Positions 1-10,134 of a stretch of DNA of 64,000 nt are shown in pieces. The stretch lies in contig CAWJJA010000018.1 in NCBI GenBank assembly GCA_963843135.1, forward strand, positions 310,017-374,016, given 5' to 3'. The notes beneath the pieces were generated by a model. It did not search any database. It worked only from the letters and a program-made list of their open reading frames with translations, and had not been told where the DNA came from. Both the position numbers and the translations under genes were made by a program. This stretch comes from an uncultured Actinomycetota bacterium. GTDB lineage: Bacteria > Actinomycetota > Actinomycetes > Mycobacteriales > Mycobacteriaceae. Every line of letters starts with the position of its first letter. The first letter of the stretch is position 1.

Positions 1-738
1 GTGCCGCAGGCGTGTGTGGCGATCTCTGAGCCGCACCCCCTGTTCGATCCGACCGCGCTGAAGACGACAGCAGTGCGCACGCCGAGCGGCTACCGGCTCG
101 ACGGAGTCAAGTCGTTGGTGCCTGCTGCCGCGAACGCCGAATTATTGATTGTGGCAGCACAACTCAACGGCAAGCCGGCACTGTTCATCGTCGAGTCGTC
201 ATCGCAGGGCGTCTCCGTCACCGCCGATCCGAGCATGGGGATTCGTGCGGCGGCACTCGGACAGGTCGAGCTCGACCACGTCACCGTGCCGCTGTCGGCT
301 CGGCTGGGCGAGGACGACGCCGGCGACGGGGATTACTCGGAGGCCATCGCGCTGTCGCGCCTGGGATGGGCGGCGCTGGCCGTCGGCACGGCACACGCGG
401 TCCTCGACTACGTCGTGCCATATGTCAAGGAGCGTTACGCATTCGGTGAACCGATAGCGCACCGGCAGGCGGTGGCGTTCATGTGCGCCAACATGGCGAT
501 CGAGTTCGACGGTCTGCGGTTGATCACCTGGCGCGGAGCGTCGCGCGCCGACCAGGGTCTGCCGTTCGCCCGGGAAGCGGCGCTGGCCAAGCGGCTGGGC
601 ACCGACAAGGGTATGCAGATCGGACTCGACGGTGTGCAGCTGCTCGGCGGCCACGGTTACACCAAGGAGCATCCCGTCGAACGCTGGTACCGCGATCTTC
701 GCGCGATCGGCATCGCCGAGGGTGTCGTCGTTATCTAG
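1..738 (+). CDS. fadE24: acyl-CoA dehydrogenase, C-terminal 245 codons (5' end lies left of the window)
   Basis: Frame is open from nt 1 to TAG 736-738. ACAD middle/C-terminal signatures are present (ERYAFGEPIAHRQAVAFMCANM, GGHGYTKEHPVERWYRDLRAIGIAEG). A second ACAD follows after 29 nt, as for M. tuberculosis Rv3139/Rv3140 near nuo. The symbol is assigned by synteny only. Confidence 0.85.
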   Translation: MPQACVAISEPHPLFDPTALKTTAVRTPSGYRLDGVKSLVPAAANAELLIVAAQLNGKPALFIVESSSQGVSVTADPSMGIRAAALGQVELDHVTVPLSARLGEDDAGDGDYSEAIALSRLGWAALAVGTAHAVLDYVVPYVKERYAFGEPIAHRQAVAFMCANMAIEFDGLRLITWRGASRADQGLPFAREAALAKRLGTDKGMQIGLDGVQLLGGHGYTKEHPVERWYRDLRAIGIAEGVVVI

Positions 739-767
739 TCGTCGCAACTCTTACCGAAAGTTGAACC

Positions 768-1982
768 ATGGCAATCAATCTGGAACTGCCGAAGAAACTT
801 GAAGCGGTGATCGAGAAGGCCCACCAGGGCGCCGCCGAGATGCTGCGACCCATCTCGCGCAAGTGGGATCTGCGGGAGCACGAGTACCCCGTCGAGCTGG
901 ACACGCTGGCCACCCTCTTCGAGGGCATCTCGGCTGCCAACGCCATCGCCTTCGCCGGCGCCGAGGCGTTCCGCGACGGCGCCGAGACGACGGGCGTCAA
1001 CCACAACGGCGGCAACATGTCCGCTGTGCTCAACGTGATGGAAGTCAGTTGGGGCGACGTCGCATTGATGCTTTCCGTTCCGCGTCAGGGCCTCGGCAAT
1101 GCCGCGATCTCCGGCGTGGCCACCGACGAACAGCTCGAGCGACTCGGCAAGGACGTGTGGGCCGCGATGGCAATCACCGAGCCGGGCTTCGGCTCCGACT
1201 CGGCGGCCGTGACGACCACTGCCGAGCTCGACGGCGACGAGTACATCATCAACGGCGAGAAGATCTTCGTCACCGCCGGATCCCGCGCCACCCACATCGT
1301 GGTGTGGGCGACGCTGGACAAGTCGCTGGGCCGTGCGGCGATCAAGTCGTTCATCGTCCCCCGCGAACATCCGGGGGTCACGGTAGAGCGTCTCGAGGAC
1401 AAGCTCGGCATCAAGGCGTCCGACACCGCGGTGCTCCGCTTCGACAACGCCCGCATACCCAAGGACAATCTGCTGGGCAGCCCTGAGATCCACGTGGACA
1501 AGGGCTTTGCCGGGGTGATGGAGACGTTCGACAACACCCGCCCGGTGGTGGCGGCGATGGCGGTGGGCATCGCCCGTGCCGCGCTCGAGGAGTTGCGCAA
1601 GACCTTGACCGAGGCCGGGGTGGAGATCTCCTACGACAAGCCCTCATACGCGCAGAGCGCACCTGCCGCGGAGTTCCTGCGGATGGAATCCGACTGGGAG
1701 GCCGCCTATCTACTGATGGTGCGCTCCGCGTGGCAGGCCGACAACGACATTCCGAACTCCAAGGAAGCGTCGATGGGCAAGGCCAAGGCCGGCCGCGTCG
1801 CCAGCGACGTCACGCTCAAGGCCGTCGAGTTGGCAGGCACCGTGGGCTATTCCGAACAGACGCTGCTGGAGAAGTGGGCCCGGGACAGCAAGATTCTCGA
1901 CATCTTCGAGGGCACGCAACAGATTCAGCAGCTGGTGGTCGCTCGACGGCTGCTGGGCCTGTCGTCGTCAGAACTGAAGTAG
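768..1982 (+). CDS. fadE23: acyl-CoA dehydrogenase, 404 aa
   Basis: ATG at 768 gives the full ORF MAINLELPKKLEAV... ACAD motifs are present (AMAITEPGFGSDSAAV, KILDIFEGTQQIQQLVVARRLLG). It is paired with the upstream ACAD. The symbol is assigned by synteny with Rv3140. Confidence 0.88.
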   Translation: MAINLELPKKLEAVIEKAHQGAAEMLRPISRKWDLREHEYPVELDTLATLFEGISAANAIAFAGAEAFRDGAETTGVNHNGGNMSAVLNVMEVSWGDVALMLSVPRQGLGNAAISGVATDEQLERLGKDVWAAMAITEPGFGSDSAAVTTTAELDGDEYIINGEKIFVTAGSRATHIVVWATLDKSLGRAAIKSFIVPREHPGVTVERLEDKLGIKASDTAVLRFDNARIPKDNLLGSPEIHVDKGFAGVMETFDNTRPVVAAMAVGIARAALEELRKTLTEAGVEISYDKPSYAQSAPAAEFLRMESDWEAAYLLMVRSAWQADNDIPNSKEASMGKAKAGRVASDVTLKAVELAGTVGYSEQTLLEKWARDSKILDIFEGTQQIQQLVVARRLLGLSSSELK

Positions 1983-2041
1983 TCCCCTACTCCCCAGCCT
2001 GCGCGTGGGCCCAGCGGTGTGGGCCCATTCGCCGGCTTCGG

Positions 2042-3040
2042 TTAGAACCCGTCGTGCACGACGACGCGCGTCCGGCCGGTGACGCCGCCGCCCACGATGG
2101 TGCGCAGCGTGTGCGGAGCTTCGAGGATCGTGACGTCCTTGGTGATCTCGCCGAGGTGGCCCGGTTTCAACTCGCCGGCGAGCTGTCGCCACACGTCACG
2201 GCGCGCGTCGATCGGCAGTTGCACCGAGTCGATCCCCGCCAGGGTGACGCCCCGCAGGATGAAGGGCATCACCGTCGTCGGCAAGTCAGCCGATCGAGCC
2301 AGCCCTGAGATCGCAGCTGTGCCACCGTAATTCATCGTGCTCAACGCGTAGGCCAGTGTGTCACCGCCGACGCTGTCGACGACGCCCGCCCACTGCGACT
2401 TGCCGAGTGCCCGGACCTTCTCGCCCTCGGCGGGCAGCCGGCCGATCACCTGAGTGGCGCCGAGTGCCATCAGCCAGTCGTGGGCGTCGGACTTGCCCGT
2501 CGACGCGACCACCTCGTACCCGAGTCCGGCCAGCAGATCGACGCTGACGCTGCCCACTCCCCCCGTCGCACCGGTGACCAGGACCGGGCCGTCCGCCGGC
2601 TGCACTCCCGCCGCACGAATCGCGTTGACGCTCATGGCAGCAGTGAATCCGGCCGTACCGATGGCGGCGGCGTCCGCCGTGGTCAACTCGTCGAGCTTCA
2701 CCACGAAGTCGGCCGGGTAGCGAGCGGTGTCGGCGTAGCCACCGTGTCGGCCGGTGCCGATGTCGTACCCGTGCGCGACGACGCGGTCGCCGACAGCGAA
2801 GTCGGAGGACGAGCTCGCGGTTACCGTTCCTGCGACGTCGATGCCGGGAATCAGCGGGTACTCCCGCGCCACGCCACCCTTCGGTGTGATGGCCAGCGCG
2901 TCCTTGTAGTTGATGCCCGAGTACTCGACGGCGATCTGCACCTCACCGTCCGGCAGGAAGGACGTGTCGACGATCTCGTGCTTCAGCGTGATGGATCCCT
3001 CGGCGTCCTGGTGTGCGACCAGCGCATTGACTTCAGACAT
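2042..3040 (-). CDS. MDR-family NADPH:quinone oxidoreductase (YhdH/AcuI type), 332 aa
   Basis: Translation shows INYKDALAITPKGGVAREYPLIPGIDVAGTV and a Rossmann motif VLVTGATGGVGSVSV. It resembles FadB4 (Rv3141) but is oriented opposite to the fadE pair. Confidence 0.85.
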   Translation of the reverse strand: MSEVNALVAHQDAEGSITLKHEIVDTSFLPDGEVQIAVEYSGINYKDALAITPKGGVAREYPLIPGIDVAGTVTASSSSDFAVGDRVVAHGYDIGTGRHGGYADTARYPADFVVKLDELTTADAAAIGTAGFTAAMSVNAIRAAGVQPADGPVLVTGATGGVGSVSVDLLAGLGYEVVASTGKSDAHDWLMALGATQVIGRLPAEGEKVRALGKSQWAGVVDSVGGDTLAYALSTMNYGGTAAISGLARSADLPTTVMPFILRGVTLAGIDSVQLPIDARRDVWRQLAGELKPGHLGEITKDVTILEAPHTLRTIVGGGVTGRTRVVVHDGF

Positions 3041-3056
3041 GGGACCTCATTCCATC

Positions 3057-3113
3057 AGACGCAAAAGTCCCCGATCACTCGGGCGAGCCGAGTGTGTCGG
3101 GGACCTTGCGTCT
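3057..3113 (-). terminator. compound hairpin downstream of the antigen-85 gene
   Basis: The outer arms are AGACGCAAAAGTCCCCGA (3057-3074) and TCGGGGACCTTGCGTCT (3097-3113), with one bulge. They enclose an inner 7-bp stem, CACTCGG/CCGAGTG. The hairpin starts 8 nt after the fbp stop codon. There is no U-tract. Confidence 0.45.
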
Positions 3114-3120
3114 AGTGCCG

Positions 3121-4179
<1,059 letters not shown>

Positions 4180-4378
4180 TCACTGCGTTGTCGCGCCCGC
4201 CCGACTGAGCCCGGTGGCCATTGAGCGGACCGAGAAAATTTCAGTTGTCGCGTGTGCAGTAAAACATGCGACCAGCACGGGAGAAAGCCCGACTGGCGCG
4301 GGTTGCGAGATTCCTGTGAACTTGACGCACCACGTCCACGTCCGCGTGACCGGCCATTCGCATCGTAGGCTGGACAGC

Positions 4379-4936
4379 ATGGCAAAGGCCCGGGCCACCC
4401 GCCTGGCCGTCGACGACTGGATTCAGGCGGGCTACGCGGTCCTTGCCGAAGAGGGCATCAAATCGCTGAAGATCGACCGGCTGTGCAGCCGCCTCGGGGT
4501 GACCAAAGGCAGCTTCTACTGGCATTTCACCGATATCGCGAGCTATCGCATCGCGCTCGTGGACGCGTGGGGCGCCTTCCGAGACCAGGAACGGCGCCAC
4601 TTCGGCGCGCCCACCGACACTCCTCCCCGACAGCGGCTCTCGCAAATGATGACAACGCTGGTCGACGCTCGTCACTGGACGCTTGAGCGCGCGATGCGGG
4701 AGTGGGCCCGCACCGACGAGGCGGTCGCCGCCAGTGTGCGCGCCGCGGACGGGCGGGTGCTGAACGCTGTCCGCCAGGCATTCCTGGATTACGGGTTCGA
4801 TACCGAGGAGGCTGACCTGCGCGCGGCGGCCACCTTCGCGGCAGGAATCGGATTCCTGCACCTGTCGGGGCCGCAGCCCAGCGCCCGCGGAGCAGCACGG
4901 CGGGAACGCTTCCTCGACATCATGTTGGCGCGCTGA
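4379..4936 (+). CDS. TetR-family transcriptional regulator, 185 aa
   Basis: The start is placed at internal ATG 4379 (M69 of the 4175 ORF) because the HTH region begins right after it (DDWIQAGYAVLAEEGIKSLKIDRLCSRLGVTKGSFYWHF). TAGGCT (4366-4371) lies 7 nt upstream and there is no Shine-Dalgarno sequence, so the mRNA may be leaderless. Confidence 0.8.
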   Translation: MAKARATRLAVDDWIQAGYAVLAEEGIKSLKIDRLCSRLGVTKGSFYWHFTDIASYRIALVDAWGAFRDQERRHFGAPTDTPPRQRLSQMMTTLVDARHWTLERAMREWARTDEAVAASVRAADGRVLNAVRQAFLDYGFDTEEADLRAAATFAAGIGFLHLSGPQPSARGAARRERFLDIMLAR

Positions 4937-4959
4937 TTTCCATCGAGACGGGCCCGTTT

Positions 4960-4977
4960 CCGTACTAAAAAGTATGG
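4960..4977. promoter_or_regulatory. AT-rich palindrome (candidate operator) between the TetR gene and the monooxygenase gene
   Basis: Sequence is CCGTACT-AAAA-AGTATGG, with 7-bp arms and 1 mismatch. It lies 14 nt upstream of ATG 4991 and overlaps a TAGCGT -10-like hexamer. Confidence 0.4.
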
Positions 4978-4990
4978 TAGCGTCGCCGCC

Positions 4991-6163
4991 ATGACCGCGG
5001 TTTCGGACAGCCCGGCCATCACCGCCGAGTTTGTCGCCCGGCTGGGTGAGCGGGCGCAGGAAGCCGAGCGGTTGCGCCGGTTACCCGCCGACACCGTCGC
5101 CGACCTCAAGGCTTCCGGGTTCACCGAGCTCTTGGTGCCTGCCCGATTCGGCGGCGCGCAGGCCGAGTGGCCGGCAATTCTCGACCCGGTACGGCGGATG
5201 GCGCACGGGTGCGCGTCAAGCGCGTGGACCATCGGTTTCTACGCGCTGCACAACTGGATGCTCGCCCTGTTCGACGAGCGTGCCCAGGAGGAGGCGTTCG
5301 CAACGCGTCCGTTCCTCGCGCCCGCGCCCCTGGCGCCGACAGGTCGAGGGGTCCCGTCCGGCGACGGCATCCGGCTGACCGGCCGGTGGTCGTGGGCGAC
5401 GGGCGTGATGGACGGCAACTGGATCATCGTGGGTGCACTGTGCGGCCCCGAGGAAGATCCGGCTGCCATTTATCCGGCATTGGCACTGCTGCCCATTGAG
5501 AACGCCCGCATCGAGGACGTCTGGCACACCGACGGTATGCGGGCGACAGGGTCCAATGACGTCGTCATCACCGATGCATTCGTCCCGCAGTACCGGCTTG
5601 TCCGGGTTGCCGACATCTATTCAGGCACCGCGCCGGGAGCCGGGCTGCACGACGCCGACACGTACAGATGGCCGATGGTGCCCGCATTGTCGCTTCTGGC
5701 GGCGATGCCGGCGTTGGGTAGCGCGGAGCGCGTCGCCGAGATCTTCGCCGACCGACTCGGCGAACGTGTCCTCGCGTACGAGGGTGTCGCGCAGAAGGAG
5801 AAGCCCTTGGCACAGGCGCGGCTAGGCGAAGCGCGCGTCCGCCTCCGAGCGCTGCGCGGGCTGCTCGCGGACACCGTCGCCGACGTCGAAACAGTCGTCG
5901 CCTCGGGCGAGCCCGTCCCCCGGCCGGTGCGTGCCGAGGCCCGGCTCGCGGCCGCGCACATCGTGCACGAATCGCGGACGGTGATCGCCGATCTGCTCGA
6001 GGCGGCCGGCGCCAGCGTTCACTTCGCGGCCAACCCGCTGCAGCGCATCAAGCGCGACGTCGATGTTCTTGCCGGTCATGTGGTGTTCGACTACGACACC
6101 AGCCGCGAACTCGCCGGGGCGCTCACACTGGGTATGAAGGTATCGCGCACCGCGATGGTCTAA
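4991..6163 (+). CDS. acyl-CoA-dehydrogenase-fold flavin-dependent monooxygenase (two-component oxygenase subunit type), 390 aa
   Basis: The N-terminus (FVARLGERAQEAERLRRLPADTVADLKASGFTELLVPARFGG) and overall length are typical of the HsaA/DszC/C2-HpaH-like group rather than true ACADs. Confidence 0.6.
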   Translation: MTAVSDSPAITAEFVARLGERAQEAERLRRLPADTVADLKASGFTELLVPARFGGAQAEWPAILDPVRRMAHGCASSAWTIGFYALHNWMLALFDERAQEEAFATRPFLAPAPLAPTGRGVPSGDGIRLTGRWSWATGVMDGNWIIVGALCGPEEDPAAIYPALALLPIENARIEDVWHTDGMRATGSNDVVITDAFVPQYRLVRVADIYSGTAPGAGLHDADTYRWPMVPALSLLAAMPALGSAERVAEIFADRLGERVLAYEGVAQKEKPLAQARLGEARVRLRALRGLLADTVADVETVVASGEPVPRPVRAEARLAAAHIVHESRTVIADLLEAAGASVHFAANPLQRIKRDVDVLAGHVVFDYDTSRELAGALTLGMKVSRTAMV

Positions 6164-6175
6164 GGAAGGGCAACC

Positions 6176-6562
6176 ATGGCCGATCTACGCGATCAGATCA
6201 CGAAGGGCTTCCAGAAGAACGTGGCGAACCGCTTGATGCGGGTGATGCCGTTCCAGACACTGCTGGAGACGACGGGACGCAAATCCGGTGAGCCCCGCCG
6301 CACACCGCTGGGCGGGCGCCGGGAGGGTGATCAGTTCTGGTTCGTCTCGGAGTTCGGCGACAAGTCGCAGTACGTCAAGAACATCCAGGCCGATCCCAAG
6401 GTCCGCGTGAGGCTCAACGGCAAGTGGCACAGCGGCACGGCTCACCTCGTGCCCGATGACGATCCGCACGCGCGGTTGCGCGCGCTGCCACAGTTCAACA
6501 GCTTCGGCGTGCGGACCTTCGGCACCAACCTGCTCAGCATCAGGGTCGACCTCAAGGGTTGA
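6176..6562 (+). CDS. nitroreductase/PNPOx-like small protein (deazaflavin F420-dependent reductase family type), 128 aa
   Basis: RBS GGAAGGG lies 7 nt upstream of ATG 6176. The translation LLETTGRKSGEPRRTPLGGRREGDQFWFVSEFGDKSQYVKNIQADPKVRV matches the split-barrel F420H2/FMN reductase pattern. Confidence 0.6.
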   Translation: MADLRDQITKGFQKNVANRLMRVMPFQTLLETTGRKSGEPRRTPLGGRREGDQFWFVSEFGDKSQYVKNIQADPKVRVRLNGKWHSGTAHLVPDDDPHARLRALPQFNSFGVRTFGTNLLSIRVDLKG

Positions 6563-6573
6563 CTCGGACCTAG

Positions 6574-6599
6574 AACTAAAACTAACGTCAGTTTTAGTT
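6574..6599. promoter_or_regulatory. perfect AT-rich inverted repeat (candidate operator) upstream of the dioxygenase-like gene
   Basis: Sequence is AACTAAAACT-aacgtc-AGTTTTAGTT, with 10-bp perfect arms. It lies 31 nt upstream of ATG 6630 and is strikingly AT-rich for this genome. Confidence 0.5.
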
Positions 6600-6629
6600 T
6601 GGATCGCCCATCTGTCGACGGAGACACTC

Positions 6630-7742
6630 ATGGAATCCTTTGTCCACCTGCGAAAAGGCCGTACTCCCCGACGCCTGCACGCCGACCTCGACGGTCTGAA
6701 GGACGACGAACTCGGCCGCGGCGGCTTCACCGGCCGCACCGCGAACATGTACCGCCGCAACGATCCGACGGCCTACCGCTCGGTCGGGCCGCTGCGGCCG
6801 GTCGACGTGTTGTCCAGCGAGCTCAAACCCAGCGATGCCAGTGACGCCGCGGGTGGTCCGCTGCTGATGTTCAGCAATGCCGACTGTCTGGTCCTGTTGT
6901 CGCGGCGCACCGAGCCGATGCCGTTCTTCGTTCGCTATGTCGACGGCGACCTGCTCAGCTTTGTACACAAAGGCTCGGGCCTGCTTGAGACGGAGTTCGG
7001 ACCACTGCGCTACCGCGAGGGCGATTGGATCTACATCCCCAAGGCGTGCACCTTCCGCCAGATACCCGACACCGAAAATGGGGCATCCACGCTGTTGATG
7101 ATCCAGGCCACCGACGAGTTCCGCGTGCCGGCGCCCGGTTACCTGGGACGCCACTTCCCGTTCGACCCATCGCAGGCCGTCATCCCCGAGGCAACCCCTA
7201 TCGACGATGACGGGCGCGACGAGTACGAAGTGCGGCTGATCCATTCCCCGATAGATGGAGCTGGGACGACTTCTCTCTACTACCAACACAATCCGCTTGA
7301 CGTCGAAGGTTGGCGCGGCGACAATTTCGCCTTCACCTTCAACATCGAGGACTACAACGTGGTGACGTCGAACAGCGTGCACCTGCCGCCGACGGTGCAT
7401 CTGTTCATGGAGGCCACCGGCGTCTACGTGATGAACTTCTTGCCCAAGCCCGCCGAGGGCGTACCGGGCACCGAGCGCACCCCGTGGTATCACCGCAACG
7501 TCGACTTCGATGAGATCGCGTTCTTCCACGGTGGATCGCTCTACGGCATACCCATGCCGCCCGGCCTGGTTTCCCATGCGCCACAAGGTGTTCACCACGG
7601 GGCCCCGGAGAAGGCACGCGAGCGCGCCCGCCGCAAGTTCGACGACTACGACAAGGTCGACTGGTCGGTGATCGCGATCGACACCCGACGCAGGCTCATC
7701 CCGTCCGAAGAGGTACTGGCCAACGACCTGGGGCAGCACTAG
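6630..7742 (+). CDS. homogentisate 1,2-dioxygenase-like cupin dioxygenase, 370 aa
   Basis: The start is placed at ATG 6630 (M59 of the 6456 ORF), after the upstream gene and the operator. The HGD-type metal region is PWYHRNVDFDEIAFFHGG ... SHAPQGVHHG. Confidence 0.65.
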   Translation: MESFVHLRKGRTPRRLHADLDGLKDDELGRGGFTGRTANMYRRNDPTAYRSVGPLRPVDVLSSELKPSDASDAAGGPLLMFSNADCLVLLSRRTEPMPFFVRYVDGDLLSFVHKGSGLLETEFGPLRYREGDWIYIPKACTFRQIPDTENGASTLLMIQATDEFRVPAPGYLGRHFPFDPSQAVIPEATPIDDDGRDEYEVRLIHSPIDGAGTTSLYYQHNPLDVEGWRGDNFAFTFNIEDYNVVTSNSVHLPPTVHLFMEATGVYVMNFLPKPAEGVPGTERTPWYHRNVDFDEIAFFHGGSLYGIPMPPGLVSHAPQGVHHGAPEKARERARRKFDDYDKVDWSVIAIDTRRRLIPSEEVLANDLGQH

Positions 7743-7831
7743 ATGACGACGACTGAAAGAAGTCGGTCAAGTACGAATACGACCGCATTCCGTATCTGAT
7801 TGCCTACGAGAACCTCTCGGGTGTCCGCGAC

Positions 7832-8935
7832 GTGTACGGCGGAGTATCCGAACTGATCGTGCTGGAGAGCTACTTACTCAAGCCGAAGACCAAATCCTCA
7901 GACACCGTGCTGGTGTTCATGCATCCGATCGGGGGCGGTGCCTACCTGCCGATGATCAACGCGCTGGCCCGCGCGGGCCATCACGTCATCTACTGCAACA
8001 GCCGATTCCGCGGCACCGACTCCGCCTTGTTGATGGAAAAGGTGGTCGAGGACCTTGGTGAGTGCATCAAGGACGCCAAGAACCGCCTCGGGTACGGCAA
8101 GGTGGTGCTGGCCGGATGGAGCGGCGGCGGGTCGCTGTCGGTGTTCTACCAGCAGCAGGCCGCGAACCCCACCATTACCGCAAGCCCGTCCGGTGACGGC
8201 CCCGACCTGACCGAGTTGGGACTCATCCCCGCCGACGGCATCATGATGTTGGCCGCGCACATCAGCCGCCACGGGACACTCACCGAATGGATGGACGCGT
8301 CGATCCTCGATGAATCCGACCCGACGAAGCGCGATCCCGAGCTCGACCTGTACAACCCGGGCAACCCAAATCAGCCGCCATACACCACCGAGTTCCTCGA
8401 CCGCTACCGGCAGGCGCAGATCGCACGCAACCGGCGAATCACGAAGTGGGTCAAGGACAAACTGGCGGCGCTCGAGGCCGACGGTAGGCCCGCGGACGAG
8501 TTCTCGTTTGTCGTACACGGCACGATGGCCGACCCAAGGTGGCTCGACGCCACCGTCGACCCCAACGAACGCGAACAGGGCACCACGTATCTGGGCGACC
8601 CACAGGTGGTCAACATGGGACCGTTCGGCCTCGCCCGGTTCTGCACGCTACGTAGTTGGCTGTCGCAATGGAGCTACGACGACGCCAATGGCGATGCCGT
8701 CAAGGCCGGTCCGGAGATCGCCGTGCCCACTCTGGTGATCGGGAATATGGCGGACAACGCCTGTACCCCGAGCCACACCCGCCGACTGTTCGAGGCGATC
8801 GGACATGCCGACAAGGAGATGTACGAGATCCCGGGTGCCAACCACTACTACTCCGGGCCTGATCAGCGCGGTGCGCTTCGCCAGGCCGTCGGCATCTGTA
8901 CGGACTGGCTGCACAGGCACGGGTTTTCGCTGTGA
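7832..8935 (+). CDS. alpha/beta hydrolase, 367 aa as drawn (N-terminus uncertain)
   Basis: Nucleophile elbow is VVLAGWSGGGSLS. GTG 7832 is the first start codon in frame. However, 25 protein-like codons upstream (7757-7831) are open and have no start, and ATG 7743 lies in another frame (see findings). Confidence 0.75.
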   Translation: MYGGVSELIVLESYLLKPKTKSSDTVLVFMHPIGGGAYLPMINALARAGHHVIYCNSRFRGTDSALLMEKVVEDLGECIKDAKNRLGYGKVVLAGWSGGGSLSVFYQQQAANPTITASPSGDGPDLTELGLIPADGIMMLAAHISRHGTLTEWMDASILDESDPTKRDPELDLYNPGNPNQPPYTTEFLDRYRQAQIARNRRITKWVKDKLAALEADGRPADEFSFVVHGTMADPRWLDATVDPNEREQGTTYLGDPQVVNMGPFGLARFCTLRSWLSQWSYDDANGDAVKAGPEIAVPTLVIGNMADNACTPSHTRRLFEAIGHADKEMYEIPGANHYYSGPDQRGALRQAVGICTDWLHRHGFSL

Positions 8936-10134
8936 CGACCGGCCCGCTCGACGGCATCCGGGTCATCGAGGTCGGCACGCTGATCTCCGGACCGTTCGCG
9001 GGTCGGCTGCTCGGCGACATGGGCGCCGAGGTGATCAAGGTCGAGCCGCCGGGCGCGCCCGACCCGTTGCGCACCTGGGGGCAGGCCGAACTCGACGGCC
9101 ACCACTTCTTCTGGACCGTGCACGCGCGCAACAAGAAAGCCGTCACCCTGAACCTGCGTGAGGACGCCGGACGCGAGCTTTTCCTCGATCTCGTCGAGCG
9201 CTCAGACATCATCGTGGAGAACTTTCGGCCCGGCACTTTGGAGAAGTGGAACCTCGGCTACGACGTGTTGCACCAACGCAACAAGGGCATCATCCTGGTG
9301 CGGATATCCGGATACGGGCAGACCGGGCCGGAAGCGCACAAGGCCGGTTACGCATCCGTCGCCGAAGCGGCCAGCGGCCTGCGACACATGAACGGATTCC
9401 CCGGTGGCCCTCCCCCGCGACTGGCGCTGTCCCTCGGCGACAGCCTGGCCGGGATGTTCGCCGCCCAGGGGGCAATGGCCGCTTTATACCGCCGCACAGT
9501 CACCGGCGAAGGTCAGGTGGTCGATGCGGCGCTAACCGAATCCTGTTTGGCCGTGCAAGAATCCACCATTCCGGACTACGACGTGGGCGGCGTCGTCCGT
9601 GGCCCGTCCGGCACCCGCCTCGAGGGCATCGCCCCGTCGAACATCTACCCGACCGCCGACGGCAGCTGGGTGGTCATCGCCGCCAATCAGGACACTGTCT
9701 TCCGCAGACTGTGCGCCGCGATGGGACAGCCCGAGCTCGCCAGCGACGACCGATTCGTCAATCATGTTGCCCGCGGACGCAATCAGGACGAGCTCGACCG
9801 GATCATCGGCGACTGGGCGGCCTCTCGTAAGCCCGGCGACATCATCGCCACCCTCTCAGAAGCCGGGGTGATCAGCGGACCGATCAACACCGTCGCCGAG
9901 GTCGTCGAGGACCCCCAACTCCAGGCCCGCGGGATGATCGCCGACCACTGGGATGAACGCATCGGGCGAAACGTCAAGGGCCCCGGCGTGGTGCCGGTGC
10001 TTTCGGACACGCCGGGAACCATTCGTAACGGCGGCTCGGCACGGCCCGGCCAGCACAACGACGAGATCTACGGCGGCCTGCTCGGTCGCAGCGATGCCGA
10101 GTTGACGAGGTTGCAGGAGGAGGGCGTCCTATGA
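8932..10134 (+). CDS. family III CoA-transferase (CaiB/BaiF type), 400 aa
   Basis: GTG 8932 overlaps the upstream TGA (GTGA). The N-terminus is LDGIRVIEVGTLISGPFAGRLLGDMGAEVIKVEPPG, and the translation contains FRPGTLEKWNLGYD. Confidence 0.9.
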   Translation: MTTGPLDGIRVIEVGTLISGPFAGRLLGDMGAEVIKVEPPGAPDPLRTWGQAELDGHHFFWTVHARNKKAVTLNLREDAGRELFLDLVERSDIIVENFRPGTLEKWNLGYDVLHQRNKGIILVRISGYGQTGPEAHKAGYASVAEAASGLRHMNGFPGGPPPRLALSLGDSLAGMFAAQGAMAALYRRTVTGEGQVVDAALTESCLAVQESTIPDYDVGGVVRGPSGTRLEGIAPSNIYPTADGSWVVIAANQDTVFRRLCAAMGQPELASDDRFVNHVARGRNQDELDRIIGDWAASRKPGDIIATLSEAGVISGPINTVAEVVEDPQLQARGMIADHWDERIGRNVKGPGVVPVLSDTPGTIRNGGSARPGQHNDEIYGGLLGRSDAELTRLQEEGVL

